Part shown: one piece after another, positions 1-13,300 of the stretch
Numbering within the stretch: the first letter of the stretch is position 1
Layout: every line of letters begins with the position of its first letter
Origin: Oopsacas minuta
Taxonomy: Eukaryota; Animalia; Porifera
Length of the DNA: 64,000 nt
Assembly (NCBI GenBank): GCA_024704765.1
Contig: JAKMXF010000341.1
Span: 94,884 to 158,883, forward strand
Reading direction: 5' to 3'
Made by a program: the position numbers and the translations under genes
Notes under the pieces: generated by a model
Told to the model about the DNA's origin: nothing
Databases searched by the model: none
What the model saw: only the letters and a program-made list of their open reading frames with translations

Positions 1-3000
1 TGTATTGGCTGTATTCCATTAGAAGTTACTTCAGCTGTCTGGTTAGTTGCACTAGTAGCTCGTATCGTCACATAGTATGTGTTATTTAGTGTAAGATTTA
101 AATCCATTAACGTGAAGGTTTCATTCAGAAAGATATCTTGGAATGGTGATACGTTAAACAGATCTTCTCCTCTAGGTTGTGTTCCCGCAGCTATCTCATA
201 CTTGTGTATTGTTTGTGCTAACCTTGTGTGATCACTACCTCCAAATGAATTCCAATTAGCCGAAAGAGAAACCAGGGAAGCTTGATGATTGAAATCTAAA
301 CCAGTGAAGGGACCATCAAATACCAATCCAGGGATAAGAGGATCAATCGCGACGAATATAGGATCGGAGCGGGCTGAATTTCTGTACCCAAGAGGACTAT
401 ATAAGTTAACCAGAAGGTATACTTTAGTTTCTGGTACCATAACGACATTATCATTATATGAGTCTATTGTTGTGACTTTAGTGTAGTTCTGTACAATAGT
501 CTCGTTCATATAGAATACTCCCCATTCGTAATAAATATCACTACAAGGGTCCCCGAAATCCCATTCTCCCTGAATGAAAGATGTGGTTGTCTGGGTTTCA
601 AAATCTGAACCAAATGAAGGGTCATCAACTGTTGGAGGATCAGGATTATGTAAAGTAATTGCTATGCGTTTTGAAGTAATAGCGCTTGTAAGACCTAGCA
701 GATTAACCCCTCTGAGTGTAACATAGATATAAGGATAGTCAATTAGATCCAGTCCTTGAATAAGATACTCGTTAACAAGTCCTACTGTTATGAAAGGTAA
801 CACATTAATGTCTCCTGCAGTATCACCTATACCAATCTCATAGTGTTCTATTGGAGTCTCAAAATCAAGAAAATCATCCCATCTAACTCGTAATTCTGTG
901 ATAACAGCTTTACACTGGGTACTGGAAGATACATTATTGTAGCTAAGTGTTGAATTCAATTCCCCAGTTGGAAAGAAACTTGCGAATGTTTGGTCTAATA
1001 GAACATCTATGGTTTGTGGTATAGGTAATGTGTTATCTACTGTCAGGAAATCAAACACATTATTTAATAGCCCAACATTATTTATGATATTAAGTGTGTA
1101 CACGTATTCACCATCTAGAAGATCTCTTGAGAAGTCGTCCAACACGATAGATGAATCTCCTAGAAATGCCTCTTTAATTATATACTCAGAACTCCCTTCG
1201 CTATCTCCAAGCAAAATCTGGTATAGATACACATCGCTGTACTTATCAACAGCGCCACTCCATTTACAATTCAGTTGAGATACCAATGGTAATGCGTATT
1301 CTGTACATTCAAACTGCGTTTCAGAAATATTCGGATATGAGGTGCTTATAGTTACACCAGGGGCAATGTGGAATGTGGATACCCCGGCATTATTATACAC
1401 GGTTATTTGTAGTATATTAGGCTTGCCAGTTGTATTAGGTTTGACTTCGTTATTTATTAGACTACTTCTGTTGGTATATTTAGGCTGAACTACATTATCT
1501 CTGTAAGGTACAGTGCCTACTATATAGAAAGCATCAGCTATACCACTCTCTAGATCTGTAGCTACCCATTCTGCCACTAATGTAGAAGTATCAAATTGAT
1601 ATATGTTCTCATCCTGAGGAGGATCTACGAAAGCATTTCCATCCTTCTTCTTGCCTAGTTCTTTAATTATGATATTTGGTTCTGTCCAATCCACCTTGAT
1701 TCCTAAAAGATTTCATAAAAAGAGATAAACAGTTAAACACGACAACAAAGCGAAGTATATAATCAATAATTTCAAATACAAAATGAAAACAAACATAATT
1801 ACGTTTTGTACAATACTAAAGTATTGAGGCATGGCACTACCAAATATAGAAATACCAATCCGAAATTACCACAAGGTAATGACCAAAATCTCTGATAATT
1901 TTCATTTCAATATTCGATGTCAAACATAATCAATTTTCTCCTATGAATTCTAGAATAAAGTAGTTTTAATTCTGTAGTCAATGTCCATAAAGAAAATGTA
2001 TCTCTAAAATGTATACAACCCAAAAATAATATACGTCATAGTACTGCGTATTATAGAGTGATAGCTATAAAGCTAAAAAGCGGTAACATTTGGGTTAATA
2101 GGATATTACAGTATTTTGCTTGGAAGATTATAGTAATAATTAAGAGACTACATTTTGGGGTCTTCAATTGTTGCGTAACTAATTTATGGGTAAATAGGGC
2201 CCCTATGACAACTCACCTTGCCCATAACTATCAATAGCGTCCTGTCCATCTCCAGCAGAACAAGCTGTGATAGCCTTTACTTCTGTATACAATGTCTCAT
2301 TAAGGTAGAGAGTAACTATTGATTGAGCTCCACCAGACCCTTCCCCGTTATCTGTAACCCCAGCAGTAGTAGACTCTTGTATTTGACCATCAGCAAAACT
2401 AGTCCCTATTGACCACTCATAATACTGTATACCACATAGTTCACTGGAGAATCCTTCAAACTTTAGAGTGACTGTGTCTCTCTCAGCTTGGAATTGTCCA
2501 CTAATACCAACTCCTGAGTGTCCTACCGTAACAACACCTGCTACATTTGCACGTAGTACTTTAATCTTAGTTGAGACTATTGCTTTAGAAAGCAGTCCTA
2601 CTCCATTCATAGCCTTCGCTATGACGTAATAGTATTCACTCGTTTCTTCGAATAGTTCAAGTTTAACGTCAATGAACACGTTTTCAGAAGCTGGATATAA
2701 TTTGTAGTCAGATATGTCAGTGCTATTCTCTGTTGTTCCAACGGCAGCTTGATATCCCTGTACTCCACTGTCTGGATCAAATGCTGCCCATTGAACTGGT
2801 ATACCTCCTGAATTGCCGATCTCAACCTAGATAATGTTACATATATACATATATAGATCTGGGAAATTTTGTTAGAATATTTTCGTGGGTTTTATAAACC
2901 ATGTAATATAAAAACATGAACATTTCCTGTGTTTTGTAGTTTTGTAAGCGACGAACCCTCGAATCACAAAAATATTTTACAGATCTACAGTAAATACGTA

Positions 3001-6000
3001 TTAGAAATACTATTTTTTGAAGTTGAGAGATTAAAATGAAATTTCATAATCATAATTCATAACATGGCTCTCAAAATTCTCTTTTGATTTCCAAGTTAAG
3101 CCCTGTCATAAGTCTTTATATGATTGTATGGGGATGGATAAACCGTTGATAATAATATGCTATGTTGTTGCAATTACCAGAATGACAGTAGTTCCTCAGA
3201 CAAACACTATATGAGTTTAAACACACAAAAATGAACTAACCGCTCCTTGTTGATCTAGATCTTCAGATAGATCTCCATAAGTATCAATATGTAGGAAATC
3301 AATAGTAGGAGGAGTGTTATCCGGAATAATACCAGTAGACTCATATGAAGTAGATATACCAGCTCTATTAACAACCTCTACTCTTACTATGTACTCACTA
3401 CCTACTGCTAACTGAATATTCGTATCAGTCCAGCAGGTTAATTGTCCAGACTCTCCTATAACTTGAGGCTGTATTGGGATCTGCTTATTATTAGCTGGGT
3501 AGAATTGAGACTTAGATCCTTCTGTTCTGACGTAAACAGATAACAGGTATTCTTCTATACCAGACTCAGGGTCTATCATTATCCAAGATGCTTGAAGTGA
3601 ATCGATTGATAACTGATAGTTCTGATCTCTGGATGAATCTCCTCCATCGTACAAATATATTGATATAGGAGGAGTCAAATCAATAAGGAAGCCTAAGTAA
3701 GAATACATAGTTAGAAATAATGAATGTTTGATATAGGTTGCCCGATCGGAGCCTGAGGCCCGTTGCGATGTTTGATATTATGGAATCTGGAAGTTGATAC
3801 ATGAGTTAAAATTTGTTTCTAATGTAAAGCTAATCATTGAAATCCAATGGGAACTGTTAGAATAGTATTACAGTAGTTGAAAATATCTGAAATTTTGTAT
3901 GTAATATGGACATTTACTAGTTTATCACTTAATTAAAAATGAAAAAATCTCAAATCACCGGCTGTACCGACGTAATTTTCCTAAGGCAACCGGATTCAGC
4001 GTAATTTGGTACCCCATATCTCTGTTGAGAGAAAGTCTCTACTAATATTTAGAAATTTGGATAATTTGTTTACTTTATATTCAGAAATCAACAATAAATT
4101 TACATATGAGAAATTTGAGGGTGTTAAATTCGGATTCAGCGTACTCAAATACCCATGCAGCTATACATGGGTATTTGAAGAGCAAGTCTCTACGTATATT
4201 TTGATATTTCAATTATTTGTTTACTTTCTATTCATGAAAACAACAATAAATGTAAATTTGACAAACTTTATGATCATGCGAAATCGGATTCAGCGTACTT
4301 GATTATTTCTATATGTAGCATGCTTCTAGCATGCTTTTGAATTTCATAGAAATGTATGAGAAATTGGAAATTTGATTAATCACCTAAAAGGTGTGAAAAT
4401 ATACACATCAAAATTTTCAAATGTCAGGTACACAACTAGATGTTACTACGAGTATACCTGCCAAATTTCGAGTCTTAATCTCCAAAGGTGTGAACAGGAG
4501 AGCGAACACATATTTATAAAAATATACCTACCGACTAAGACGGTCAGCCATTTTAGAACTGACTATAGTATAGTCAGCACAGCAATAATTAGGAGTGAAA
4601 GTAAACAATATAGACTAACAATATTTATCTGTAACTAGTAACATTCTTAACACCTACTTAACCTCTTATATATTAAAATTCACACTTGCACACTCTAAGA
4701 TTTAGTAAGAAGGTTTGGGATTATTTGAGGTTCAATCGAGTTCAAAGAATATAAATTCTATAAATTCTATAAATTCTATAATTTCTATATTACCTTGACT
4801 AATAACAGCAGTAGTTCGAGTAGCTCCATCTTGTGCAACTATATCAGTCCTAACAAATGTACCATCAGGAAAGTGGAAGTGTTTAACATCAATTTGACTA
4901 GCCAGGCCTACTGACTCTGAATCTTGTGCGATGCTGAATTTCACCTAAAAATATAAAGAATAATACTCATTAACCAGGTAGCAGGTACGGATAGCAAATG
5001 TGTATAGAAAGTGATATGTATGGTCACACTGCTGTTAATATGCTAGTAATATCCGATTGGAGTATTCTCAATATGATAATTTAAAGTGTCTGTATGTCCT
5101 GGCTTTGTTGCAGTCAATATTCAATTAACTTGTCATATATGCTACGAAAGATGTTACCATCTCCATGATTTCTAGTATATACAAGGAATTCAGTTCGTTG
5201 GCCACTATTTTGAATATTTATATTAGCTCTAGCAAATTAAAATCAAATGCAAACTTACACTAGCTGGCGGTATGAAGGGCGGTTTAATAGGAATAACAGA
5301 GTTGTTAGAAGGAACAGGACAAGTTTGATTAAGATTTGGATTCCCGTCAGAAGGCAAATACTTGAGTACTTGAGCAATGTATATAGTAGCATTATACTGA
5401 GCTATACCAGACTCAGGGTCTGAGAAGTTACTCCACACGGCCTGTACTGTTGTAGGTTTATATGTATAGTTTAGACTTCCATTGATATTCAGACCATCTC
5501 TAACAAACCCAGCTATAGGGTTAGTTAGATCTACGAGTACTCCATTAGAAGAAGCAGTTGTATTCCTTGGATGATCTGTATCAGCATTGAATGCTATTAT
5601 AGTTGAGTAGTATGTGGTGTTGTGTGTTAGATTCAGACCACTTCTGCACATAGACTCCTGGTCATTCGGGAGATTGCTTGTGAAGGGAACTGTATTGGAG
5701 AGTCCAGGTGATGTTCCAGCTCCCCAGCGGTATGCAGATATTCCTGATTCAGGATCAAAGAAGTTCCTCCACTTCACACAGAGAGTAGAACTAGAAGGTT
5801 GATATTTCCAATCTGAATTCCCAACCCCGTCCCCATCTAGAACCTGTCCTGCTATAGGTGGAGTACGATCTACTTGAATAGGGATAGGTCCAAATGCTGT
5901 ACTCTCCAGATCAACTACAATAAACAATAATATGGCATCCATTATTGCACAGATTCTACAGACGACCCTCGTTAAGAAGAACTGAGCATGGAGTGGTGAA

Positions 6001-9000
6001 AATATTACTCAAAAGACCAATGAAACCTAATCCATTTTTCGCACTTACATCTTGTGAATAACAATTACAGTATAACAGCAATCATTCTGGACACAGTTTC
6101 TATTGAAAACTTTAAATAATAGCTAGCTACATCTAATCCAGAAGTATTCTTTGCAATTAGGTTAAAGACTCTTAGCATTGTCGATGATATGCTGTTTTAT
6201 ATGCGAATACTAACCAACAGCCAAAGGGTGTGAAAATATGAATAATCATATGAAAACCCTCGTATCTTTGTAAAATTCAGGCCTGATAATGCCAAAATTT
6301 GACTCTACGTAAACAATTAACCCTGACAACATGCTGAAACGGTGTGAAAAATATGATTAATCACCAAAAAGGTGTAAAATTCACTAAAAATTCGTACCCC
6401 AAGTAAATATCTACACGCTAAAATATATGTACTAATTTTCATGGTAATCGTACTAGATTTTGCATTAAAGTACGTCCCACATTGTTCATGCCTTTAGGTT
6501 AAGTCTTCTCGCTATAGGACCGGCACTAGAAACAAACCTACCATTATTAACAGCTCTAATCCTAATGAATGCTCTCGTTCCATCCTTTACATTGATCTGA
6601 TGCAGGAGAGTAGCAGTGTTGTTAGTGAATATCTTCTCCCAACTCTGTACAAGCGTGTCACTATAGGTTAAGCCAGCTCCTACATACACCTGCTGCAGGC
6701 CAGACTGGTTATCTCTAATGACAAAAGAAATATTCTATTTAACGACACTGTACTACTTAACAAGCAAAATATGCCTGAACATGGCCATAGGTTGAAACAG
6801 GAATCAAAAGTGGAATAATAATAGAAAATTTGTGAAAAGACGATAACATGTGCTTCACAAGTCTTATTGAAATTATAGACCTGATATTATCAACTTTATA
6901 ATTTCTCAAAGATATAATCACATATTTGCAAATAGAATTCTCATTAAAATTGTCAAATAAGTATTTTAACAGTACTCACACTGCGTGATAGTAGAATGTA
7001 GATATATTAGACGTCTCGTTGTAAGCTATCAGCTTAACAGTATAAATGACAGGTCGAGTAGTATCAATGATATAGGGTGTAGAGTGACAGAGAGCCAGAA
7101 CTCCAGAACCTCCAAATATAACTTGATTAAGTGCCTGTACGGTAGCATAGTATATACCGTCATCAAAGTGCTGTTCTATTCTACCTTGTACCGGATCACT
7201 AAGAACTGTGGTAGCATCTGCTCGAGGATCTCTTGGCGATAAAGCTAAATTTCCACAGTATTCGTAGCCCAGAGACCAAGTGTAGGCATATATATCTAGT
7301 AGAAAGAATTGGTTAAGAAAAATTTAAGTCATAAAGTACCATGTTGAAATACTAATAGCAAATCTGGATTTTACGCACGTACATATGAATAGGTAACAAA
7401 GATAATTGTTACGAATTGCAAATTTTAAACTTGTAAATGAAGTTCAGCCAAAATAACTACATTTGAGCGATTGTATTACATATTTATTTGATAATAACTC
7501 ACCTGACTCATTATCATGGAAACCAAAGAATGTAATGCTCACAAATGAGTTAAGCCTGGTGTACTTTAGTTCAACTTTAATACTCGGACCATTGAATATG
7601 CAATCAGATCCAATTCCATCTACAACAATTCTATAATTCTTCTCTGGGGTAACATGCACACAACGTTGGTTGATAGCAGCAGTACATCCAGCAGCGATGA
7701 AATCATCTCTTGACACATTAGCAATAGTTCCAGGCTCCGGTGGAGTAAAGTCAATGAGTATACCCTCAGAACTGAGATAGTTGTCATAAGCTAGCGAATT
7801 ATTAACATATACATTCAGGAAGTATAGCTCATTATGAACTAGAGGGAGATTATCGTGTGTGAAGTTCTTGTGACTACCTATCCCTTTCCTCTCATAATAA
7901 TCAAACTCGTTAGATGTTTGTATCTCTATATCAGAAGCTCCAGCAATCTCAGATAGAATCTGACAAGTTTTTAGTATGTGAGCATAATTAAAAGAAAAAC
8001 AGTCATCTGGAAAAGTAGCACACTCCTTAACACAATCATCTATAGATTTTACAGTAATTGTCTTGAATGAAGGGACACCTAAGCGCTTATCAGGGAACAT
8101 AATGTAATCACTCAATGTATTAGCGGTATTGCTCAGGCCGGTTACTTGATCAAACGTAAACGATGTAAAAGGTATAATTTGGTCTCCAAATGCACCTTGT
8201 GCATAACCTATACTAACAAATTGCTCAATAATCGGAGTAGCGTCTAGCACAACTGAATCTCCAAATAACAGAGTGGGATTACTGGAGTACATATAGTTGA
8301 ACTTTACTCTACCAAGAGGAAGAGTAGTATCGTAATCAGCTAGACTACATTGTGAAGCAGTAGCTATACCCTGAGAATTGGAGCCTTTAGCAGTCCAGTA
8401 TAATGGAACACCTGATACGAGTTCTTTAGCTTTAAGTACAGTACTTCCAGACATCCTATCATCTTTAACCAAATCCTCTCCACCTCGATAAGTACCAACT
8501 GAGTAGCTGAGCTGAACCTGACTCTTATCATCTGCTACAACAATCTGTAGGATAAAAGCTGGATCAGTGTAGTCTCTACCTCCTACCTGAGTGACAGTAC
8601 ATGGAGTAGTTCCTGAAGTAGATGTAGTATCAGTCTGTTTCTGAGAAGCCACAATAGTATTTGTGGTATTCGAAACGTCAGAAATGGGTGAGAATTCAGG
8701 AGGAGATTTATCTTCGTTAGCATTAGAAATTTGGAGCAGTGTTAACTTAATTGATGGTGCTGTCCAACTGAATATTAACTTATCGAATAAAGTCTTATGA
8801 ATGGTTGTGAATAATAAGTTAATAGTTATCTTGAGATAGACATGCAGTGATATGGATAAGGGAATTAAATCAAGTTTAATCTGTATTGTTATTGCGAGTG
8901 GGAATTGTTTGAATCCAATAGAAGCATTTGTAGGTAGATGAGTATCCATTAACTTACCAACGATATCAATTCCAGCTTCAAATATAGCCAGAGATATAGC

Positions 9001-10317
9001 AGCACTGCCAGATAATAGTAATGCTAGGTTAGGATCAGCTACTGCATTCGCTTTCATTGATAAGAAACATAATTTCACATTGATATCTACACCGAAACTA
9101 CCATCAAGTGCAAATTGGAAGTGTAGAGGGACCGGTCCGATGAATAAATAGTCATTAATTTGGAAGAAGTTATGAGGCTGTGGAGTAATTGGAATATCAC
9201 CACTAATGCAGAAATCAAATGAAGTTGGGAAATCAGTTTGTCCACTGCCAAGCGGATTTTTACCGCTAAGAATAGCATCTAATAAAGCTTGTAGGAAAAT
9301 AGTCCGAAGATTCTGAGTTAACTCGCTAAGGCTGTTGGAAGATTCAGCAGAAGTTCCTGAATCGCCCAGGTCTTTGATGTAAGATACAAACTCACCAATA
9401 CTCATACCATAGAAATCTGGTATCTCAACATCACAGCCTTCACCATTATCTCCATTCCCATTAGTTCCATTACCATTAGTTCCGTTTCCATTAGTTCCAT
9501 TCCCATTAGTTCCGTTTCCATTAGTTCCATTACCATTAGTCAAATTTCCATTGAATCCAGTGGCTCTAGCTACTCTCGCCCCATTTCCATTGGTTCCATT
9601 TCCATTGCTCGTGCAATTATTGACGTCTGGAATTGTGAATACGCTCCCTATCAATAACTGGACTGTGTAGAAACAATGTGAGTAATCTTCAGTAGCTTCA
9701 TTAGGTTGACATAAATATGCTGTAAAGTTTACATGGATATCTGATGTCTCTCTGATAATGTTCAGTGCAAGACTGACATTAGCTATTCCTTGGGTTTCAG
9801 GTGAATCTGTTGGTATATCTAGCTCAAACCCTCCATCTCCATCAGGTAACTCAATAGTTCTATTCAAATCTTGGAAATTTAGCGAAAATGAAGGTTCACA
9901 GGGTAAAAGTGTGAGAGAGAAGTTGACTGAATATTTGAGAAAATCTAGCGTGAGAGAAGAAGCACATTTAACATTGAGACAATTTTTCGTGATTGTACAC
10001 CATCGATCCTTAGGAATTCCTTGTTGCAGATCAGTACATAGATCAGGAGGTAATGCTATTAACCTAGCAGTGAGCGTTTCCTTGTCTCCAGTTTGATCTT
10101 CACCTCTTAATTTCAATGTGTTCTTAATAGAATCAATGTCCAGAAGTGAAGGATCACTCAGTTCTTGATCATCACAATCTAATGCGGCCTTAGCATTTTC
10201 TATAGAAGAATTAATAGCTGATACAAGCTTGTCAAGTGTAGGGCTATTAAACCCGGACAAGATTTGTAAGACTTGTCCTAGATTTAGTTCATCTACTGAA
10301 AAGTTGAATCCACTCTC

Positions 10318-10365
<48 letters not shown>

Positions 10366-13300
10366 GTCTCCATTCTCATCATCATCTCCATTCTCATCAT
10401 CGTCTCCATTCTCATCATCTGCCGATCTTCTAGCTTTTGTAGTTTTAGTTGGATATAACATCTGCTCTTGCTCTTTCGTAAAGTATTTCCCAAGACCTGA
10501 ATCTCCTGGACGATTACTGGGAGTGTTAGGACCATTAGAAGAAGCCTTAGGTAAAATCTTGTTTGTAGATTTTGGGTCGTCAGCCAAATCTTGCTCATAA
10601 TTTGGTTCTGCATTTACAGGCTTAGACGGATTGGTATTTCCTTCATCGACTGTCGGCTTATCACATTCAGTACCGCATGGCTGACGAGGACTTCCCATTT
10701 CACTTTTTTTAGGATCAGACCCAAGAGTACCCTGACGGATTACAATGTCTAAAATTTCTAATTTGTAATCATTGCAATCGCTAATCCACTTAGGTACCTC
10801 TAGTAGTCGTGGTTGCAAGAATTTAGCAGGACTTGTTGGATCTCCTTTAGATTTAGTCATCATTGTAAGGTGTACGAAGTTGGGTGAACATTTCGACTGA
10901 GTCACAGTGCCAATAGTAGTTCCTGAGTTAATATTAATACCTGCTTTAGTGATATTACTTATGAGACTGATATGATGAATTGCAATTACATATTTCTCAA
11001 GAGAGCCTCCAGGAAATATCAGAACTTGATTTGCTATCTTAGTCAAGTAAAGCCCTGTAACAGGAGCAAACAACGCCTCACCTTCTGGAATTTCTATTTG
11101 CATACCCTCTTTATAGGTTGTTGCATCACCAGACGTGGTTGGATAAAACCCGCATTGGCATTCAGTTGATTCACAACCATCTTCGCCTCTGATACTTCTA
11201 GGAAACTTTGAATTGAATCTGGGGCCCAATAACTGTTCTATTAACCCCATAGCATCCTCATAAGCACCTTTCAATGTATTATACGCTTTTATGCCTGTTT
11301 TTATAATATTGACTGTAGAGGTAAACGCTGTTAAAAATGGTTCAACAATGTTTATTAATGGGGCAATCGGGGCAGTAAACTTTTCCAATGCATTCTCAAG
11401 ATCTGAATAAGCCTTTTTACGAAGTACTGAAACATTCAAACCTGTTGCTTCTTCGAAACTAGAAATATCTGTGATTTCTGAAAACTGTTTCGCTTCTTGG
11501 ATGAGTAAATCTTTTGTCTTAATGGTATCATTGTATACTCCCTTAAGTGTGTTTACTAAGTCCATCCATCCTCTAATATGTGATCCCTGAAACTTAGCCG
11601 CATTCAACAGAATATCCTTACATTCTATTACCCCATCAAAAGCTGTCTTTAACTGAAACACAGATGATGTAACATCTGCAATAGCAGTGAGTGGATTATC
11701 AAAGAATTTAGCTATCGCATCGACTATTGTTTCGATGGAGGTTTTTATTGTACCCCCAACCCAAGGTAGAGTAACTGTTGCACAGCTGGATATTTCTTGA
11801 TAAAATTTCAATACATCACCTCGTACATCACTAAATGTAGACTTGATTTTGTCTATTAGTGTTAGTGCACTCTTAACGAAAGGGATTTGTTGTAACGTAA
11901 CGAGTAGTTTACGTAATTCAGCAGAAACTACCAAATTCTTAATTAATCCGGGGAATTCCTTTACTGCAACTTCAATTTCATGAAACACATATCTCAAATC
12001 AATTCCATGCTGAAAAGCAGTTCTAAAATCGACAATTGCCGACTTTACAGCACCAACTACAGCGCCTATTGTATTGTCGTATAAATGTGCAAGATTGGTA
12101 AAAGAATTGATACCTAATTCCTGCAGAATATTCAGATTATATTCAATATGCCCTTTGAAGCAAACCTGTGCAAGGAATACATTAAGAGTAAGATCAACGA
12201 AACCGATCCCAACTTTGAAATAAGCTTCGTCGAATACATCTATAGAAAATTTACCACTTAAGGGCTTGATATCAAGATCCATGATATTACGTACAACTAA
12301 ACCCATAGAAGCGCCGAACTCGGAACTTCCTATTGATTTCTTCCAATTGAAACTCGGAGTTTGTAAATGGAAAGAGAGAGCATCGAATATACTGAATCTC
12401 CTAATTCTTCTTTTGCTGGCATCGACAGGAGACTGCTGAGCATTAGTATAGTTATGGAAGTCGGATAGGATATCTGACATAGAGTCTGCTCTGGGGTGCT
12501 TTTGGTATTGTAGGGTAGCTTCATAGCGAACTACTTCCTCTTCATCAACCAATGCTGCTGATAATATAGTATCTGCTGCCTGTATATGTAGTAAATTAAA
12601 CACAGGTATATTATAAATACATATAGTTACCCTGTCTATAACTACTACGCTATACAGTAATCACCTGTAAATGAGGTCACTTTTGCCTAGTTATTGGTGA
12701 CTATTATTAGCCATTAGCAGGTTCCTCTATACTAAAAATGTATTCACGCGGAATTAAGTAGATTTTATAGGCAAATTTTTGATAATCATAATATCACATG
12801 ATTAATAATAGTATTTTAAAATATTCTTTTCGTACATACCTTCTCTAGAAAACGATCCTAGAGGTTTGTTTCCAACGAATATGCTGTATGATTGTTAAAT
12901 AATCCCGAAATTTAATAATTCTCTATCGGCACACATTTTATCGAATAAACATAATTTGTAAGTAATAATAGAGCAAAAGCCCTCTTCCTATGTCACTGGT
13001 AGATTTAGTTCACATGCGAATATACCTAGAATAAAGTAATTTACTCGTACATAGTAAATACCTCGTCAGTATGATATTTCCTCAATGAATGAACAGCAGA
13101 TCTCCTGAGGAGAGAAGGAACATGCTTAGACTCTACATAACTCTTAATCAGATTGAAGCTATTCTCGTGACCGGCATTACCCAGTGAGTGTATAAGGCTA
13201 GATTGTCTCAACATGCCTACACTATCAGTGGAGGGTCTGTTTGAATTATCCGTATTATCTCGTCTATATCTACAATATTTAATATTATAAGCATTATGTA

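Noticed and set aside
289-1278. Plus-strand short ORFs
   Set aside because: They are antisense to the continuous minus-strand exon 1-1702.
10229-10613. Poly-Ser (+) and poly-Met (-) ORFs
   Set aside because: They are alternative-frame shadows of the (GAT)n poly-Asp tract in the real exon.
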